Origin: Eledone cirrhosa
Lineage: Eukaryota
Length of the DNA: 64,000 bases
Reading direction: 5' to 3'
Assembly (NCBI GenBank): GCA_964016885.1
Contig: OZ024761.1
Span: 14,880,001-14,944,000 of the forward strand
Shown here: in pieces, positions 27,075 to 40,889 of the stretch
Layout of the letters: each line of letters starts with the position of its first letter
Position numbering within the stretch: the first letter of the stretch is position 1
Translations under genes and position numbers: made by a program
The notes under the pieces: generated by a model
What the model saw: only the letters and a program-made list of their open reading frames with translations
The model's database searches: none
What the model was told of the DNA's origin: nothing

Positions 27075-30000
27075 GTTAATGGTTGTGGTGGTAGTAGTGT
27101 TGGTGTTAGTTGTTGTACTGGTGGTATTGGTGGCTGTAGTAGTTGTGGTAATAGTAGTGTTGGTGTTAGTGGTTGTGCTGGCTGTAGCAGTTGTGGTGGT
27201 AGTAGTGTTGGTGTTAGTAGTTGTACTGGTGGTATTGGTGGCTGTAGTAGTTGTGGTAATAGTAGTGTTGGTGTTAGTTGTTGTACTGGTGGTATTGGTG
27301 GCTGTAGTAGTTGTGGTAATAGTAGTGTTGGTGTTAGTGGTTGTGCTGGTGGTATTGGTGGCTGTAGTAGTTGTGGTAATAGTAGTGTTGGTGTTAGTGG
27401 TTGTGCTGGTGGTATTGGTGGCTGTAGTAGTTGTGGTAATAGTAGTGTTGGTGGTATTGGTGGCTGTAGTAGTTGTGGTAATAGTAGTGTTGGTGTTAGT
27501 GGTTGTGCTGGTGGTATTGGTGGCTGTAGTAGTTGTGGTAATAGTAGTGTTGGTGGTATTGGTGGCTGTAGTAGTTGTGGTAATAGTAGTGTTGGTGTTA
27601 GTGGTTGTGCTGGTGGTATTGGTGGCTGTAGTAGTTGTGGTAATAGTAGTGTTGGTGTTAGTGGTTGTGTTGGTGGTATTGGTGGCTGTAGTAGTTGTGG
27701 TAATAGTAGTGTTGGTGTTAGTTGTTGTACTGGTGGTATTGGTGGCTGTAGTAGTTGTGGTAATAGTAGTGTTGGTGTTAGTGGTTGTGCTGGTGGTATT
27801 GGTGGCTGTAGTAGTTGTGGTAATAGTAGTGTTGGTGTTAGTGGTTGTGCTGGTGGTATTGGTGGCTGTAGTAGTTGTGGTAATAGTAGTGTTGGTGGTA
27901 TTGGTGGCTGTAGTAGTTGTGGTAATAGTAGTGTTGGTGTTAGTGGTTGTGCTGGTGGTATTGGTGGCTGTAGTAGTTGTGGTAATAGTAGTGTTGGTGT
28001 TAGTGGTTGTGTTGGTGGTATTGGTGGCTGTAGTAGTTGTGGTAATAGTAGTGTTGGTGTTAGTTGTTGTACTGGTGGTATTGGTGGCTGTAGTAGTTGT
28101 GGTAATAGTAGTGTTGGTGTTAGTGGTTGTGCTGGTGGTATTGGTGGCTGTAGTAGTTGTGGTAATAGTAGTGTTGGTGTTAGTGGTTGTGCTGGTGGTA
28201 TTGGTGGCTGTAGTAGTTGTGGTAATAGTAGTGTTGGTGTTAGTGGTTGTGCTGGTGGTATTGGTGGCTGTAGTAGTTGTGGTAATAGTAGTGTTGGTGT
28301 TAGTGGTTGTGCTGGTGGTATTGGTGGCTGTAGTAGTTGTGGTAATAGTAGTGTTGGTGTTAGTGGTTGTGCTGGTGGTATTGGTGGCTGTAGTAGTTGT
28401 GGTAATAGTAGTGTTGGTGTTAGTGGTTGTGCTGGTGGTATTGGTGGCTGTAGTAGTTGTGGTAATAGTAGTGTTGGTGGTATTGGTGGCTGTAGTAGTT
28501 GTGGTAATAGTAGTGTTGGTGTTAGTGGTTGTGCTGGTGGTATTGGTGGCTGTAGTAGTTGTGGTAATAGTAGTGTTGGTGGTATTGGTGGCTGTAGTAG
28601 TTGTGGTAATAGTAGTGTTGGTGTTAGTGGTTGTGCTGGTGGTATTGGTGGCTGTAGTAGTTGTGGTGGTATTGGTGGCTGTAGTAGTTGTGGTAATAGT
28701 AGTGTTGGTGTTAGTGGTTGTGCTGGTGGTATTGGTGGCTGTAGTAGTTGTGGTAATAGTAGTGTTGGTGTTAGTGGTTGTGCTGGTGGTATTGGTGGCT
28801 GTAGTAGTTGTGGTAATAGTAGTGTTGGTGTTAGTGGTTGTGCTGGTGGTATTGGTGGCTGTAGTAGTTGTGGTAATAGTAGTGTTGGTGTTAGTGGTTG
28901 TGCTGGTGGTATTGGTGGCTGTAGTAGTTGTGGTAATAGTAGTGTTGGTGGTATTGGTGGCTGTAGTAGTTGTGGTAATAGTAGTGTTGGTGGTATTGGT
29001 GGCTGTAGTAGTTGTGGTAATAGTAGTGTTGGTGTTATTGGTGGCTGTAGTAGTTGTGGTAATAGTAGTGTTGGTGGTATTGGTGGCTGTAGTAGTTGTG
29101 GTAATAGTAGTGTTGGTGGTATTGGTGGCTGTAGTAGTTGTGGTAATAGTAGTGTTGGTGTTAGTGGTTGTGCTGGTGGTATTGGTGGCTGTAGTAGTTG
29201 TGGTAATAGTAGTGTTGGTGGTATTGGTGGCTGTAGTAGTTGTGGTAATAGTAGTGTTGGTGTTAGTGGTTGTGCTGGTGGTATTGGTGGCTGTAGTAGT
29301 TGTGGTAATAGTAGTGTTGGTGTTATTGGTGGCTGTAGTAGTTGTGGTAATAGTAGTGTTGGTGTTAGTGGTTGTGCTGGTGGTATTGGTGGCTGTAGTA
29401 GTTGTGGTAATAGTAGTGTTGGTGTTATTGGTGGCTGTAGTAGTTGTGGTAATAGTAGTGTTGGTGGTATTGGTGGCTGTAGTAGTTGTGGTAATAGTAG
29501 TGTTGGTGGTATTGGTGGCTGTAGTAGTTGTGGTAATAGTAGTGTTGGTGTTATTGGTGGCTGTAGTAGTTGTGGTAATAGTAGTGTTGGTGGTATTGGT
29601 GGCTGTAGTAGTTGTGGTAATAGTAGTGTTGGTGGTATTGGTGGCTGTAGTAGTTGTGGTAATAGTAGTGTTGGTGTTAGTGGTTGTGCTGGTGGTATTG
29701 GTGGCTGTAGTAGTTGTGGTAATAGTAGTGTTGGTGTTATTGGTGGCTGTAGTAGTTGTGGTAATAGTAGTGTTGGTGGTATTGGTGGCTGTAGTAGTTG
29801 TGGTAATAGTAGTGTTGGTGGTATTGGTGGCTGTAGTAGTTGTGGTAATAGTAGTGTTGGTGGTATTGGTGGCTGTAGTAGTTGTGGTAATAGTAGTGTT
29901 GGTGGTATTGGTGGCTGTAGTAGTTGTGGTAATAGTAGTGTTGGTGGTATTGGTGGCTGTAGTAGTTGTGGTAATAGTAGTGTTGGTGTTAGTGGTTGTG

Positions 30001-31580
30001 TTGGTGGTATTGGTGGCTGTAGTAGTTGTGGTAATAGTAGTGTTGGTGTTAGTGGTTGTGTTGGTGTTATTGGTGGCTGTAGTAGTTGTGGTAATAGTAG
30101 TGTTGGTGGTATTGGTGGCTGTAGTAGTTGTGGTAATAGTAGTGTTGGTGGTATTGGTGGCTGTAGTAGTTGTGGTAATAGTAGTGTTGGTGGTATTGGT
30201 GGCTGTAGTAGTTGTGGTAATAGTAGTGTTGGTGTTAGTGGTTGTGTTGGTGGTATTGGTGGCTGTAGTAGTTGTGGTAATAGTAGTGTTGGTGTTAGTG
30301 GTTGTGTTGGTGTTATTGGTGGCTGTAGTAGTTGTGGTAATAGTAGTGTTGGTGGTATTGGTGGCTGTAGTAGTTGTGGTAATAGTAGTGTTGGTGGTAT
30401 TGGTGGCTGTAGTAGTTGTGGTAATAGTAGTGTTGGTGTTATTGGTGGCTGTAGTAGTTGTGGTAATAGTAGTGTTGGTGGTATTGGTGGCTGTAGTAGT
30501 TGTGGTAATAGTAGTGTTGGTGTTATTGGTGGCTGTAGTAGTTGTGGTAATAGTAGTGTTGGTGGTATTGGTGGCTGTAGTAGTTGTGGTAATAGTAGTG
30601 TTGGTGTTAGTGGTTGTGTTGGTGGTATTGGTGGCTGTAGTAGTTGTGGTAATAGTAGTGTTGGTGTTAGTGGTTGTGTTGGTGGTATTGGTGGCTGTAG
30701 TAGTTGTGGTAATAGTAGTGTTGGTGTTAGTGGTTGTGTTGGTGGTATTGGTGGCTGTAGTAGTTGTGGTAATAGTAGTGTTGGTGGTATTGGTGGCTGT
30801 AGTAGTTGTGGTAATAGTAGTGTTGGTGTTAGTGGTTGTGTTGGTGGTATTGGTGGCTGTAGTAGTTGTGGTAATAGTAGTGTTGGTGTTAGTGGTTGTG
30901 TTGGTGGTATTAGTGGCTGTAGTAGTTGTGGTAATAGTAGTGTTGGTGGTATTGGTGGCTGTAGTAGTTGTGGTAATAGTAGTGTTGGTGGTATTGGTGG
31001 CTGTAGTAGTTGTGGTAATAGTAGTGTTGGTGGTATTGGTGGCTGTAGTAGTTGTGGTAATAGTAGTGTTGGTGGTATTGGTGGCTGTAGTAGTTGTGGT
31101 AATAGTAGTGTTGGTGTTAGTGGTTGTGTTGGTGGTATTGGTGGCTGTAGTAGTTGTGGTAATAGTAGTGTTGGTGTTAGTGGTTGTGTTGGTGGTATTG
31201 GTGGCTGTAGTAGTTGTGGTAATAGTAGTGTTGGTGTTAGTGGTTGTGTTGGTGGTATTGGTGGCTGTAGTAGTTGTGGTAATAGTAGTGTTGGTGGTAT
31301 TGGTGGCTGTAGTAGTTGTGGTAATAGTAGTGTTGGTGTTAGTGGTTGTGCTGGTGGTATTGGTGGCTGTAGTAGTTGTGGTAATAGTAGTGTTGGTGTT
31401 AGTGGTTGTGTTGGTGGTATTAGTAGTAGTAGTAATGGTGGTAGTAGTAGAAGTAATGGTGATAGTGGTTGTGATAGTAGAAATAATAGAATAGTGGATG
31501 CAATGGTTATAGTAGTAGTAGTAGTATTGGTAGTAGTGGTGGTGTTAGTTGTAGTATTGGTGGTAGTAATTATGGTGGTG
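27075..31580. repeat. 4.5-kb trinucleotide-derived minisatellite (60-bp and 42-bp units)
   Basis: gtggtattggtggctgtagtagttgtggtaatagtagtgttg with an optional gtgttagtggttgtgctg. Confidence 0.95.
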
Positions 31581-31679
31581 TTGCTATTTTCAGGTTAAAA
31601 ATACAGGTTGTGTGATAGTGTCTTCCTTTCTCATACTTTCAGATAGGAACAATGCTTGTCACTAACTGAACAGGTTTGA

Positions 31680-31726
<47 letters not shown>

Positions 31727-31789
31727 GTTATGTCATCCTTGTCTCACTTCCTGCTATTGTCAGTCATACCTGTTGTTATTATTGGTATT

Positions 31790-32720
31790 TAACCCCAGGG
31801 CAGCTCTGATCCAGCTGGTATTCCAGTTCTGACCATCCTATCTAGGTTCAGACCTGATCCAGCTGGTATTCCAGTTCTGACCATCCTGTCTAGTGTCAGC
31901 TCTGGTCCCGTTGGTATTCCAGTTCTGACCATCCTATCTAGGTTCAGACCTGATCCAGCTGGTATTCCAGTTCTGACCATCCTGTCTAGTGTCAGCTCTG
32001 GTCCCGTTGGTATTCCAGTTCTGACCATCCTATCTAGGTTCAGACCTGATCCAGCTGGTATTCCAGTTCTGACCATCCTGTCTAGTGTCAGCTCTGGTCC
32101 CGTTGGTATTCCAGTTCTGACCATCCTATCTAGGTTCAGACCTGATCCAGCTGGTATTCCAGTTCTGACCATCCTGTCTAGGTTCAGACCTGATCCAGCT
32201 GGTATTCCAGTTCTGACCATCCTGTCTAGGTTCAGACCTGATCCAGCTGGTATTCCAGTTCTGACCATCCTGTCTAGGTTCAGACCTGATCCAGCTGGTA
32301 TTCCAGTTCTGACCATCCTGTCTAGGTTCAGACCTGATCCAGCTGGTATTCCAGTTCTGACCATCCTATCTAGGTTCAGACCTGATCCAGCTGGTATTCC
32401 AGTTCTGACCATCCTGTCTAGTGTCAGCTCTGGTCCCGTTGGTATTCCAGTTCTGACCATCCTATCTAGGTTCAGACCTGATCCAGCTGGTATTCCAGTT
32501 CTGACCATCCTGTCTAGGTTCAGACCTGATCCAGCTGGTATTCCAGTTCTGACCATCCTGTCTAGGTTCAGACCTGATCCAGCTGGTATTCCAGTTCTGA
32601 CCATCCTGTCTAGGTTCAGACCTGATCCAGCTGGTATTCCAGTTCTGACCATCCTATCTAGGTTCAGACCTGATCCAGCTGGTATTCCAGTTCTGACCAT
32701 CCTGCCAGAGATCAGCTCTG
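31790..32720. repeat. 48-bp minisatellite, ~19 copies, two variants
   Basis: ccagctggtattccagttctgaccatcctatctaggttcagacctgat. Confidence 0.95.
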
Positions 32721-32724
32721 TTAT

Positions 32725-33445
32725 TTATTGAGGCACCAAAACTAGGGAGGTTGTTGTGTCCTTCACCTAACTGAAGATTTTTCTCAACCATTTGTTCAGC
32801 GTAGTTTCTATGGCCTGGAAGTCCATCTTATAAACCACTTTACAGAGTGTACAGGGTGTTATTTATGGAGTCACCAAAACTAGGGAGGTCGGCATGCCCT
32901 TAGCACAACTGAAGATTTTTCTCGACCATTTGTTCAGTGTAGTTTCTATGGCCTGGAAGCCCTTCTTATAAACCACTTTACAGAGTGTACAGGGTGTTAT
33001 TTATGGAGTCACCAAAACTAGGGAGGTCGGCATGCCCTTAGCACAACTGAAGATTTTTCTCAACCATTTGTTCAGCGTAGTTTCTATGGCCTGGAAGTCC
33101 ATCTTATAAACCACTTTACAGAGTGTACAGGGTGTTATTTATGGAGTCACCAAAACTAGGGAGGTCGGCATGCCCTTAGCACAACTGAAGATTTTTCTCG
33201 ACCATTTGTTCAGTGTAGTTTCTATGGCCTGGAAGCCCTTCTTATAAACCACTTTACAGAGTGTACAGGGTGTTATTTATGGAGTCACCAAAACTAGGGA
33301 GGTTGGCATGCCCTTAGCACAACTGAAGATTTTTCTCAACCATTTGTTTGGCGTGGTTTCTATGGCCTGGAAGTCCATCTTATAAACCACTTTACAGAGT
33401 GTACAGGGTGTTATTTATGGTGTCACGAAAACTAGGGAGGTTGTG
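32725..33445. repeat. 138-bp tandem repeat, ~5 copies with alternating variants
   Basis: caccaaaactagggagg recurs at 32872, 33010, 33148 and 33286. Confidence 0.9.
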
Positions 33446-33689
33446 ATGCTTAATTGAAGGGTTCTCATAACCCAATTTTTATCTCTGTCAGAAGTAACCA
33501 AATATCTCTAAGCTAACCATTGCCACCATTGGCATATATCAATCTTATCATGTAATTTTAGACACCTTTGTCACCATTGCAACAACCATCATCACCACCA
33601 TCACTACAGTCTCTTGTATCAACACCTGCCATCACTGTCTTCTCCACTATTGCCATCACTACCACATTGACTTATGACCAGTATAGCTA

Positions 33690-34765
33690 CCATTACCACA
33701 GCCACCATCACTACCATTACCACTACCACTACAGTGTTGTTGATACCAAACAGCTCATATATGACATAGCCATTACCACTACCTATACCACCACAACCTA
33801 TACCACCACTACTGCCTATACCACTGCCATTAACATTACCATCACTACACAACTACCATTACCACAACCACCATCACTGTATAACACCACCACCACCACT
33901 GTCTTTGATACCAACAGTTCATATATGACATAGCCATCACCACTACCACCATCACCACCACACAACCACGCCACTACCACCTATACCACCACCACACCAC
34001 CTATACTACCACAGTGTCCTTGATACCAAACAGTTCCTATATGACATAGCCACCACCACCACCTATACCGCTACTACCACCTATACCACTACCACCACCT
34101 ATACTACTACCACTACATGACCATCACTACACAATCACCACCACTACCACCATCACCACCACCACACAACCACACCACTACCACCTATACCACTACCGCC
34201 ACCTGTACCACTACCACTACATTACCATCACTACACAATCACCACCACTACCACCATCACCACCACCACACAACCACACCACTACCACCTATACCACTAC
34301 CACCACCTATACCACTACCACTACATTACCATCACTACACAATCACCACACAACCACACCACTACCACCTATACCACTATCACTACATTACCATCACTAC
34401 ACAATCACCACCACTACCACCATCACCACCACACCACTACCACTTATACCACTACCACCACCTATACCACTACATTACCATCACTACACAATCACCACCA
34501 CTACCACCATCACCACCACCACACAACCACACCACTACCACCACCTATACCACTACCACCACCTATCCCACTACCACTACATTACCATCACTACACAACC
34601 ACCATCACCACAACCACCACCACCACACCACCACCACGCAACCACATCACTACCACCGATACCACCACCACACCACTACCACCTATACCACCACCACACC
34701 ACTACCATCTACACTACCTATACCACCACAGTGTCCTTGATACCAAACAGTTCATATATGACATA
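33690..34765. repeat. (CAC/TAC)n compound repeat
   Basis: Direct reading. Confidence 0.85.
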
Positions 34766-34933
34766 GTCAAAACAATGTAGGAACCTATTTAGTTAAACAA
34801 TGGAGAATTGATGTCTTTTATAGATTGTATCAGTGTGTGTGTGAGTATGTGGGGGTATGAGTGTGTGTGTGTATATATATGTATGTATGTGTGTGTGTGT
34901 ATGTGTATATGTGTGTGTGTGTATGTGTGTATA

Positions 34934-34966
<33 letters not shown>

Positions 34967-35176
34967 GTATATATATATATGTGTGTGTGTATATGTGTGT
35001 GTATATATATGTGTATGTGTGTATATATATGTTGTGTGTATATATGTGTGTGTATGTGTGTATATATATGTGTGTATGTGTGTGGGTGCATATATGTTGT
35101 GTGTGTATATATATATGTGTGTGTGTATGTGTGTATATATGTGTGTGTGTGTGTGTGTGTGGTGAATTTATGTATC

Positions 35177-35209
<33 letters not shown>

Positions 35210-35218
35210 GTATATATA

Positions 35219-35251
<33 letters not shown>

Positions 35252-35499
35252 GTTGTGTGTATATATGTGTGTGTATGTGTGTATATATATGTGTGTATGT
35301 GTGTGGGTGCATATATGTTGTGTGTGTATATATATATGTGTGTGTGTGTATGTGTGTATATATATATGTGTGTGTGTGGTGAATTTATGTATATGTGTGT
35401 GTGTGTATGTTTATGTATCTGTATGTGTGTGTATGTGTCTCAAAATGATTGAAGTACATGCAGATACATGCATTATTATTGCCTCTATATTTATTGTAA

Positions 35500-35576
35500 T
35501 GTGTGAGAGGAGGAGGAGAGAGGGACGTGGGAGACAGAGAAGGGATTGAGGTCGTGAAGAGAGGGAGGTAGAGAGT

Positions 35577-35608
<32 letters not shown>

Positions 35609-35713
35609 GAGAGAATTATTACTGATAGATAGATGTAGTTAGGTAGTGAGAGAGAGAGAGAGAGAGATACAGAGGTAGAGAGTGAGAGATAAACAGGGTG
35701 ATAGAGATAGATC

Positions 35714-35747
<34 letters not shown>

Positions 35748-35886
35748 TAGATATGTAGAGCTTTAAGGAGGCAGGATTAGAGAGATAAATACGTAGATAT
35801 ACAGAGGTAGACCAGGAGAGAGAGAGAGAGGTAGATAGGGTTAAAGTGGAAGGGTTAGATTGAGAGATAGAGGTAAAGAGACAAGG

Positions 35887-35921
<35 letters not shown>

Positions 35922-38105
35922 TGTAGATAGGTAGATATACAGAGGTAGACCGAGAGAGAGAGAAAGAGAGTTAGGTAGATAGGGTTAAAGTGGCAGGGTT
36001 AGATTGAGGGATAGAGGTAGAGAGAGAGAGAGATATGTAGATAGGTAGATATACAGAGGTAGACCGAGAGAGAGAGAAAGAGAGTTAGGTAGATAGGGTT
36101 AAAGTGGCAGGGTTAGATTGAGGGATAGAGGTAGAGAGAGAGAGAGAGAGAGAGAGAGGTAGGTAGGTAGGTAGAGAGAAGCAGAGATAGATAGTGATAG
36201 ATAGGTAGAAAGAGTTAAGAGGCAGGGTTAGAGAGAGAGAGGTAGAGAGACAGGGGTGATAGAGAGAGAGAGGGGTAGAGAAACGGTGATAGAGAGAGAG
36301 AGAAAGAAAGATGTTGAAAGATAGAGAGAGACAGATAGATAGATAGATAGACAGATAGATCGATAGATAGATAGTGGTAGATAGGTCAGTAAAAAGTTAG
36401 AGGAGCAGGTTTAGATAAAGAGATTGGTAGGTAGATATACTGAGATATAGAGATCACAGGCTTAGGACATGGATGATGGAGAGAGAGAGAGAAGGGGGGG
36501 ACCAGACATTGCTTTATATATATATATATATATATATATCTATATATATATATTGTTTGTTTGTCAGTTATTTTATTATCTTCCTATTCCTTATTTTTCA
36601 CTACAAAGGCCCCCAATGTCCTCCCTATTTCACCTTCCATCTTAATTGTCAAATTTAATCTTACTCCATTGGGGATGAGACTAAATGAATCAAGACAACA
36701 ACTGCTCAACTAGAATTATTTTGTCTGGGTTTGGCATCAACTTAGGGTTTGGAAAGGCTAGAGAAAGCGATTGGGAGCAAGGTGGGATTGGAAGAACAAA
36801 GGGTTTTGGCCTTCCTTTCATCTTCTGCTTATTCTTCTGCCTTCTGTCTCTCTGTCCTTCCATGCTCTCTCTCTCTCTCTCTCTCTTGCCTTTTCTTTTC
36901 TTTTCTGTTTTCTTCTTTTCCTACTCTTTTTCTCTCCTCTTTGTTTTCCTTCTCTCTTCTCTCCTTCTTTCTTCCCTTCTCCCTTCTCTCTTCCCTTCTC
37001 CCCTTCTCTCCTTCTTTCTTCCCTTCTCCCCTTCTCTCTTCTCTCCTTCTTTCTTCTCTCCTCTTTTCTCCCTTCTCTCCTCTCTTTCTTTCTCTCCTCC
37101 CTTCTGTCTTCTTCTTTTCTCTTCCTTTTCAGTCTTCTTTCCACTTCTGCTTCCTTCTGTCTTGTTCTGCCTCTTCTTCCCTCCTCCCCATCCTCCTCCT
37201 CCTTGTTTACCTTCTCTTGTTTTTTTTATTATTCAACCTTCTTCTTCTTCTTCTTCTTCTTCTTCTTCTTCTTCTTCTTCTTCTTCTTCTTCTTCTTCTT
37301 CGTCTTCTTCTACCCCCCCCCCCCCCCCCCTCCCCCTCCTATAAGAAAAATATTCCTTCAGAGAAATATTTGACTATTTTATTAAAAACTTTTATTTGGC
37401 ACAGGAAGTTGCTAGTATTTGTATTACTATAAATAGATGCTGGCTGTCTGGATGGTTGGATGGTTGTCTGGCTGGCTGGCTGGCTGGTTGGTTGCTTGGT
37501 TGTCTGGTTGGCTGGCTGGCTTGTTGGTTGCTTGGTTGGCTGGCTGGTTGATTGGTTGTCTGGTTGGATGGTTGGTTGGTTGGTTGGTTGGCTGATTGGT
37601 GCTTGGCTTGGCTGGTTGGATGGTTGTCTGGTTGGCTGGCTGGATGGTTGGCTGGTTGGCTGGCTGGTTTGTTGGTTGCTTGGTTGGCTGGCTGGTTGAT
37701 TGGTTGTCTGGTTGGATGGTTGGTTGGTTGGTTGGCTGATTGGTTGCTTGGCTTGGCTGGTTGGATGGTTGTCTGGTTGGCTGGCTGGCTTTCTGGCTGG
37801 TTGCTTGGTTGATTGGTTGCTTGGATTGGCTGGTTGGATGGTTGTCTGGTTGGCTGGCTGGTTGCTTGGTTGATTGGCTGGTTGCTTGGTTGATTGGTTG
37901 CTTGGCTTGGCTGGTTGGATGGTTGTCTGGTTGGCTGGATGGTTGGTTGCTTGGTTGGCTGGCTGGCTGGTTGGTTGCTTGGTTGGCTGGCTGGTTGCTT
38001 GGTTGATTGGTTGCTTGGCTTGGATGGTTGTCTGGTTGGCTGGCTGGCTGGCTGGTGGTTGCTTGGCTTGGCTGGCTGGTCGGTTGGTCAGGTGGCTGAT
38101 TGGAT
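35500..38105. repeat. GA-rich, CT-rich/(CTT)n and (GGTT/GGCT)n simple-repeat blocks
   Basis: Direct reading. Confidence 0.85.
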
Positions 38106-39120
38106 GGTACACACACACACATGTACTAACAAGAATAACATACATAAAATTATGATGTATATAATTTATTATACACTTGCATGCGTATGTATATACTACT
38201 GCTACTCTATGAAACCTTGTTTAATTTTTTAACTTGGTTGGTATGTTTACAATTAATACAATATTTTCAATTAAAAATATGTATTTTTTCTATTCTATTT
38301 TCGAAATTACCATAATTATTGATAATTAATTGATTAATTAATAATAGTTGATTGTAGAACTGTAATGACATTAAACATTATAGCGGCTGTTACTTGTAAT
38401 TATATTAAGATTTCTCTCCCTTTGTAGCAAGATTTAACCAATCAAATCAAATGTCTGCAGATGCAGGCAATGACTATATGCTTAACCCTTTAGCATTTAC
38501 ATTACTCTCTATATTTTTGCGGTAAAGGCTTTATCTCACATAATACCGAATCTATGAGATTTTGATATTATTTATTTTGAGAACAATGTCTTAATATCAG
38601 TATGATTGGCTGGTTACAGCCAGTTTGAAGAGAAAGAGGTTAGAGAATTCTGGCCGGATATGGTTAAACCAAACATGAGCAACCATTTCTGAGCAGTGGG
38701 CCGCATAGTATGTGGCTCATCATAAGGTGGACTGTACTACTAAAAAAATTGAAGGCAATTTTGAAATTAGCCGTGCCATTCAGAAAGCCAAACTGGGCTC
38801 CATGTGGCCTACTAGCCGCATGTAGCCCATGATTGGTTTAAGATTTTCACTTCACCACCACATGGTTTCAAGTTCAGTCTCGCTGTGTGGTATCTCACTG
38901 GGCATCCTCAACTATACCCACCCACTCTTTGATAGACCCAGGTTGACCATTGCTTTATCAGTGACATTCTGTGTAAGCAAGCTATCTCCTTTTTTAGCAG
39001 ATTATTCTAAGCTATTATTTATAACAATCAACAGTTGTCAGGTTGTTACAGTATTTTTTCCATTTGGTGTTATATACATATATATATAGTTTATATATAT
39101 ATCTATATATATATATCTAT

Positions 39121-39310
39121 ATAGGAACGAGTAGGACCCCGACGGCTGAGCTCAAGCCGTTTTGACGGCTAATTCTGGACAGAATTAGCCGTCGAAACGG
39201 CTTGAGCTCAGCCGTCGGGGTCCTACTCGTTCCTATTACCCACTCTACTACCCTAAGTATTGAGTACTTTGGTGTGTTATGGTCCACCTGGTTCCTTACC
39301 ACATTTCCTC

Positions 39311-39312
<2 letters not shown>
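39121..39312 (+). mobile_element. Fold-back element with hammerhead 3' half and unique tail
   Basis: 56-bp arms (39121-39176 and 39181-39236) with a GGAC loop. GAAA-CGGCT..AGCCG-TC-GGGG. Flanked by (TA)n. A homologue lies at 55851-56049. Confidence 0.7.
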
Positions 39313-39345
<33 letters not shown>

Positions 39346-39511
39346 GATAAATCTACCAAGAGTTTACGGTAGTGTCCAATCCGTATGAAGAACTCAATGT
39401 ATTCCGGATATCATGCATACCAATTATAACACATATATGCCCTAGAAACGATCGTTAAATAGTGAACTTTTTTTGTTTAATATAAGGAATTGTTTGTTCA
39501 TTATTTGTTTA

Positions 39512-39554
<43 letters not shown>

Positions 39555-39860
39555 TATTTTAGAAAATGTTGGAACCTCAAATGCAAAAAATACTGTAACA
39601 ACCTCACAACTGTTGATTGCTATAAATAATAGCTTAGAAAAATCTATTATATATATATTATATGCATGTATATGTGTGTGGTATTGTGGTTTGTGTATGG
39701 CCACTGCCTTCAGTTGTTTTTCTAGGTGTCACACTTTTTAACTGCTGTGTTTAACTCTGGACGATAATGTATTAACTTTTTGCTCCATTGAGTGCTTTGT
39801 GATTGCCTCAAACAAATCGAATAATACATGCTGTATGGCAGCTACAACTTCGGCTTATAC

Positions 39861-39913
<53 letters not shown>

Positions 39914-40587
39914 ATATACATACACATATATATATATAAGGCTTGGAAAAAATATATACTGAGGTCAGTAGTCCAATGATTGAAACCAGTAAAAGAATAA
40001 TCAAATGAAACGAAAATCAATAACAAAACCTCTATGTGGTGATTGTAACTGCTAGACATGGTAACCAGATCTCTCAAAATTACCCATTATTGTCTTTGAA
40101 AAGAATATGTTGGGTAACATTTTCCTCGGGTATATATAGTAGGTGTGAATAAGATACAGGGTAGAATAGCCACAGTTGGAACATCTTGAATCGTGTTTTT
40201 GTACCCACCAACATCGACACATTATTATATATGTTGATGAATGTGTGAAAAGAAATAAATATATTGTATGAATTGGTATTGTTGCATATATAGCTTTGAT
40301 GTATATTAACATTATAAAATTTCCTCTGCACACAACAATATCATTCCCACGTGTGCAGAGAAATGCTTAAGTGATCCATTGTTCAGTTTATTTAAGGTCA
40401 ACTGATCTGATGCATAGTTCTTTCATATAAATATAGAGACTTAAGCTTGGCCAGCATTTAATAATACTTGTTTATATAACCAATAGCTGAAAACTTTATA
40501 TATGTTTGGTGAAAAGAAGGTGAAAAAAAGATGGTAGCAAACTCCACACCCTTGGCTGCATGGCACACACTCACACATACATCTATC

Positions 40588-40675
<88 letters not shown>

Positions 40676-40889
40676 TATATATATATGTGTGTGTGTATGT
40701 GTAGGTTATTTGGGAATGTTTTGATTTGAATCTACATGTCTGAGCAGTTCAATATTGAAGTTATATGTCTAGCACATCGATAAAGACCTCAAGCCAGTCA
40801 TCTGTGAAATGTAATGTCCGATAGGCGGTTTTAAATATAGAGGCCTTAGTCCTATCATGAAAAACAATGTGGAATGAAACATTCTTGAT

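Noticed and set aside
27037-31494. 1485-aa Val/Leu-rich ORF
   Set aside because: Translation of a trinucleotide-derived minisatellite that lacks stops in one frame. No domain or splice evidence.
31789-32700. 303-aa ORF of 16-aa repeats
   Set aside because: Product of a 48-bp tandem repeat.
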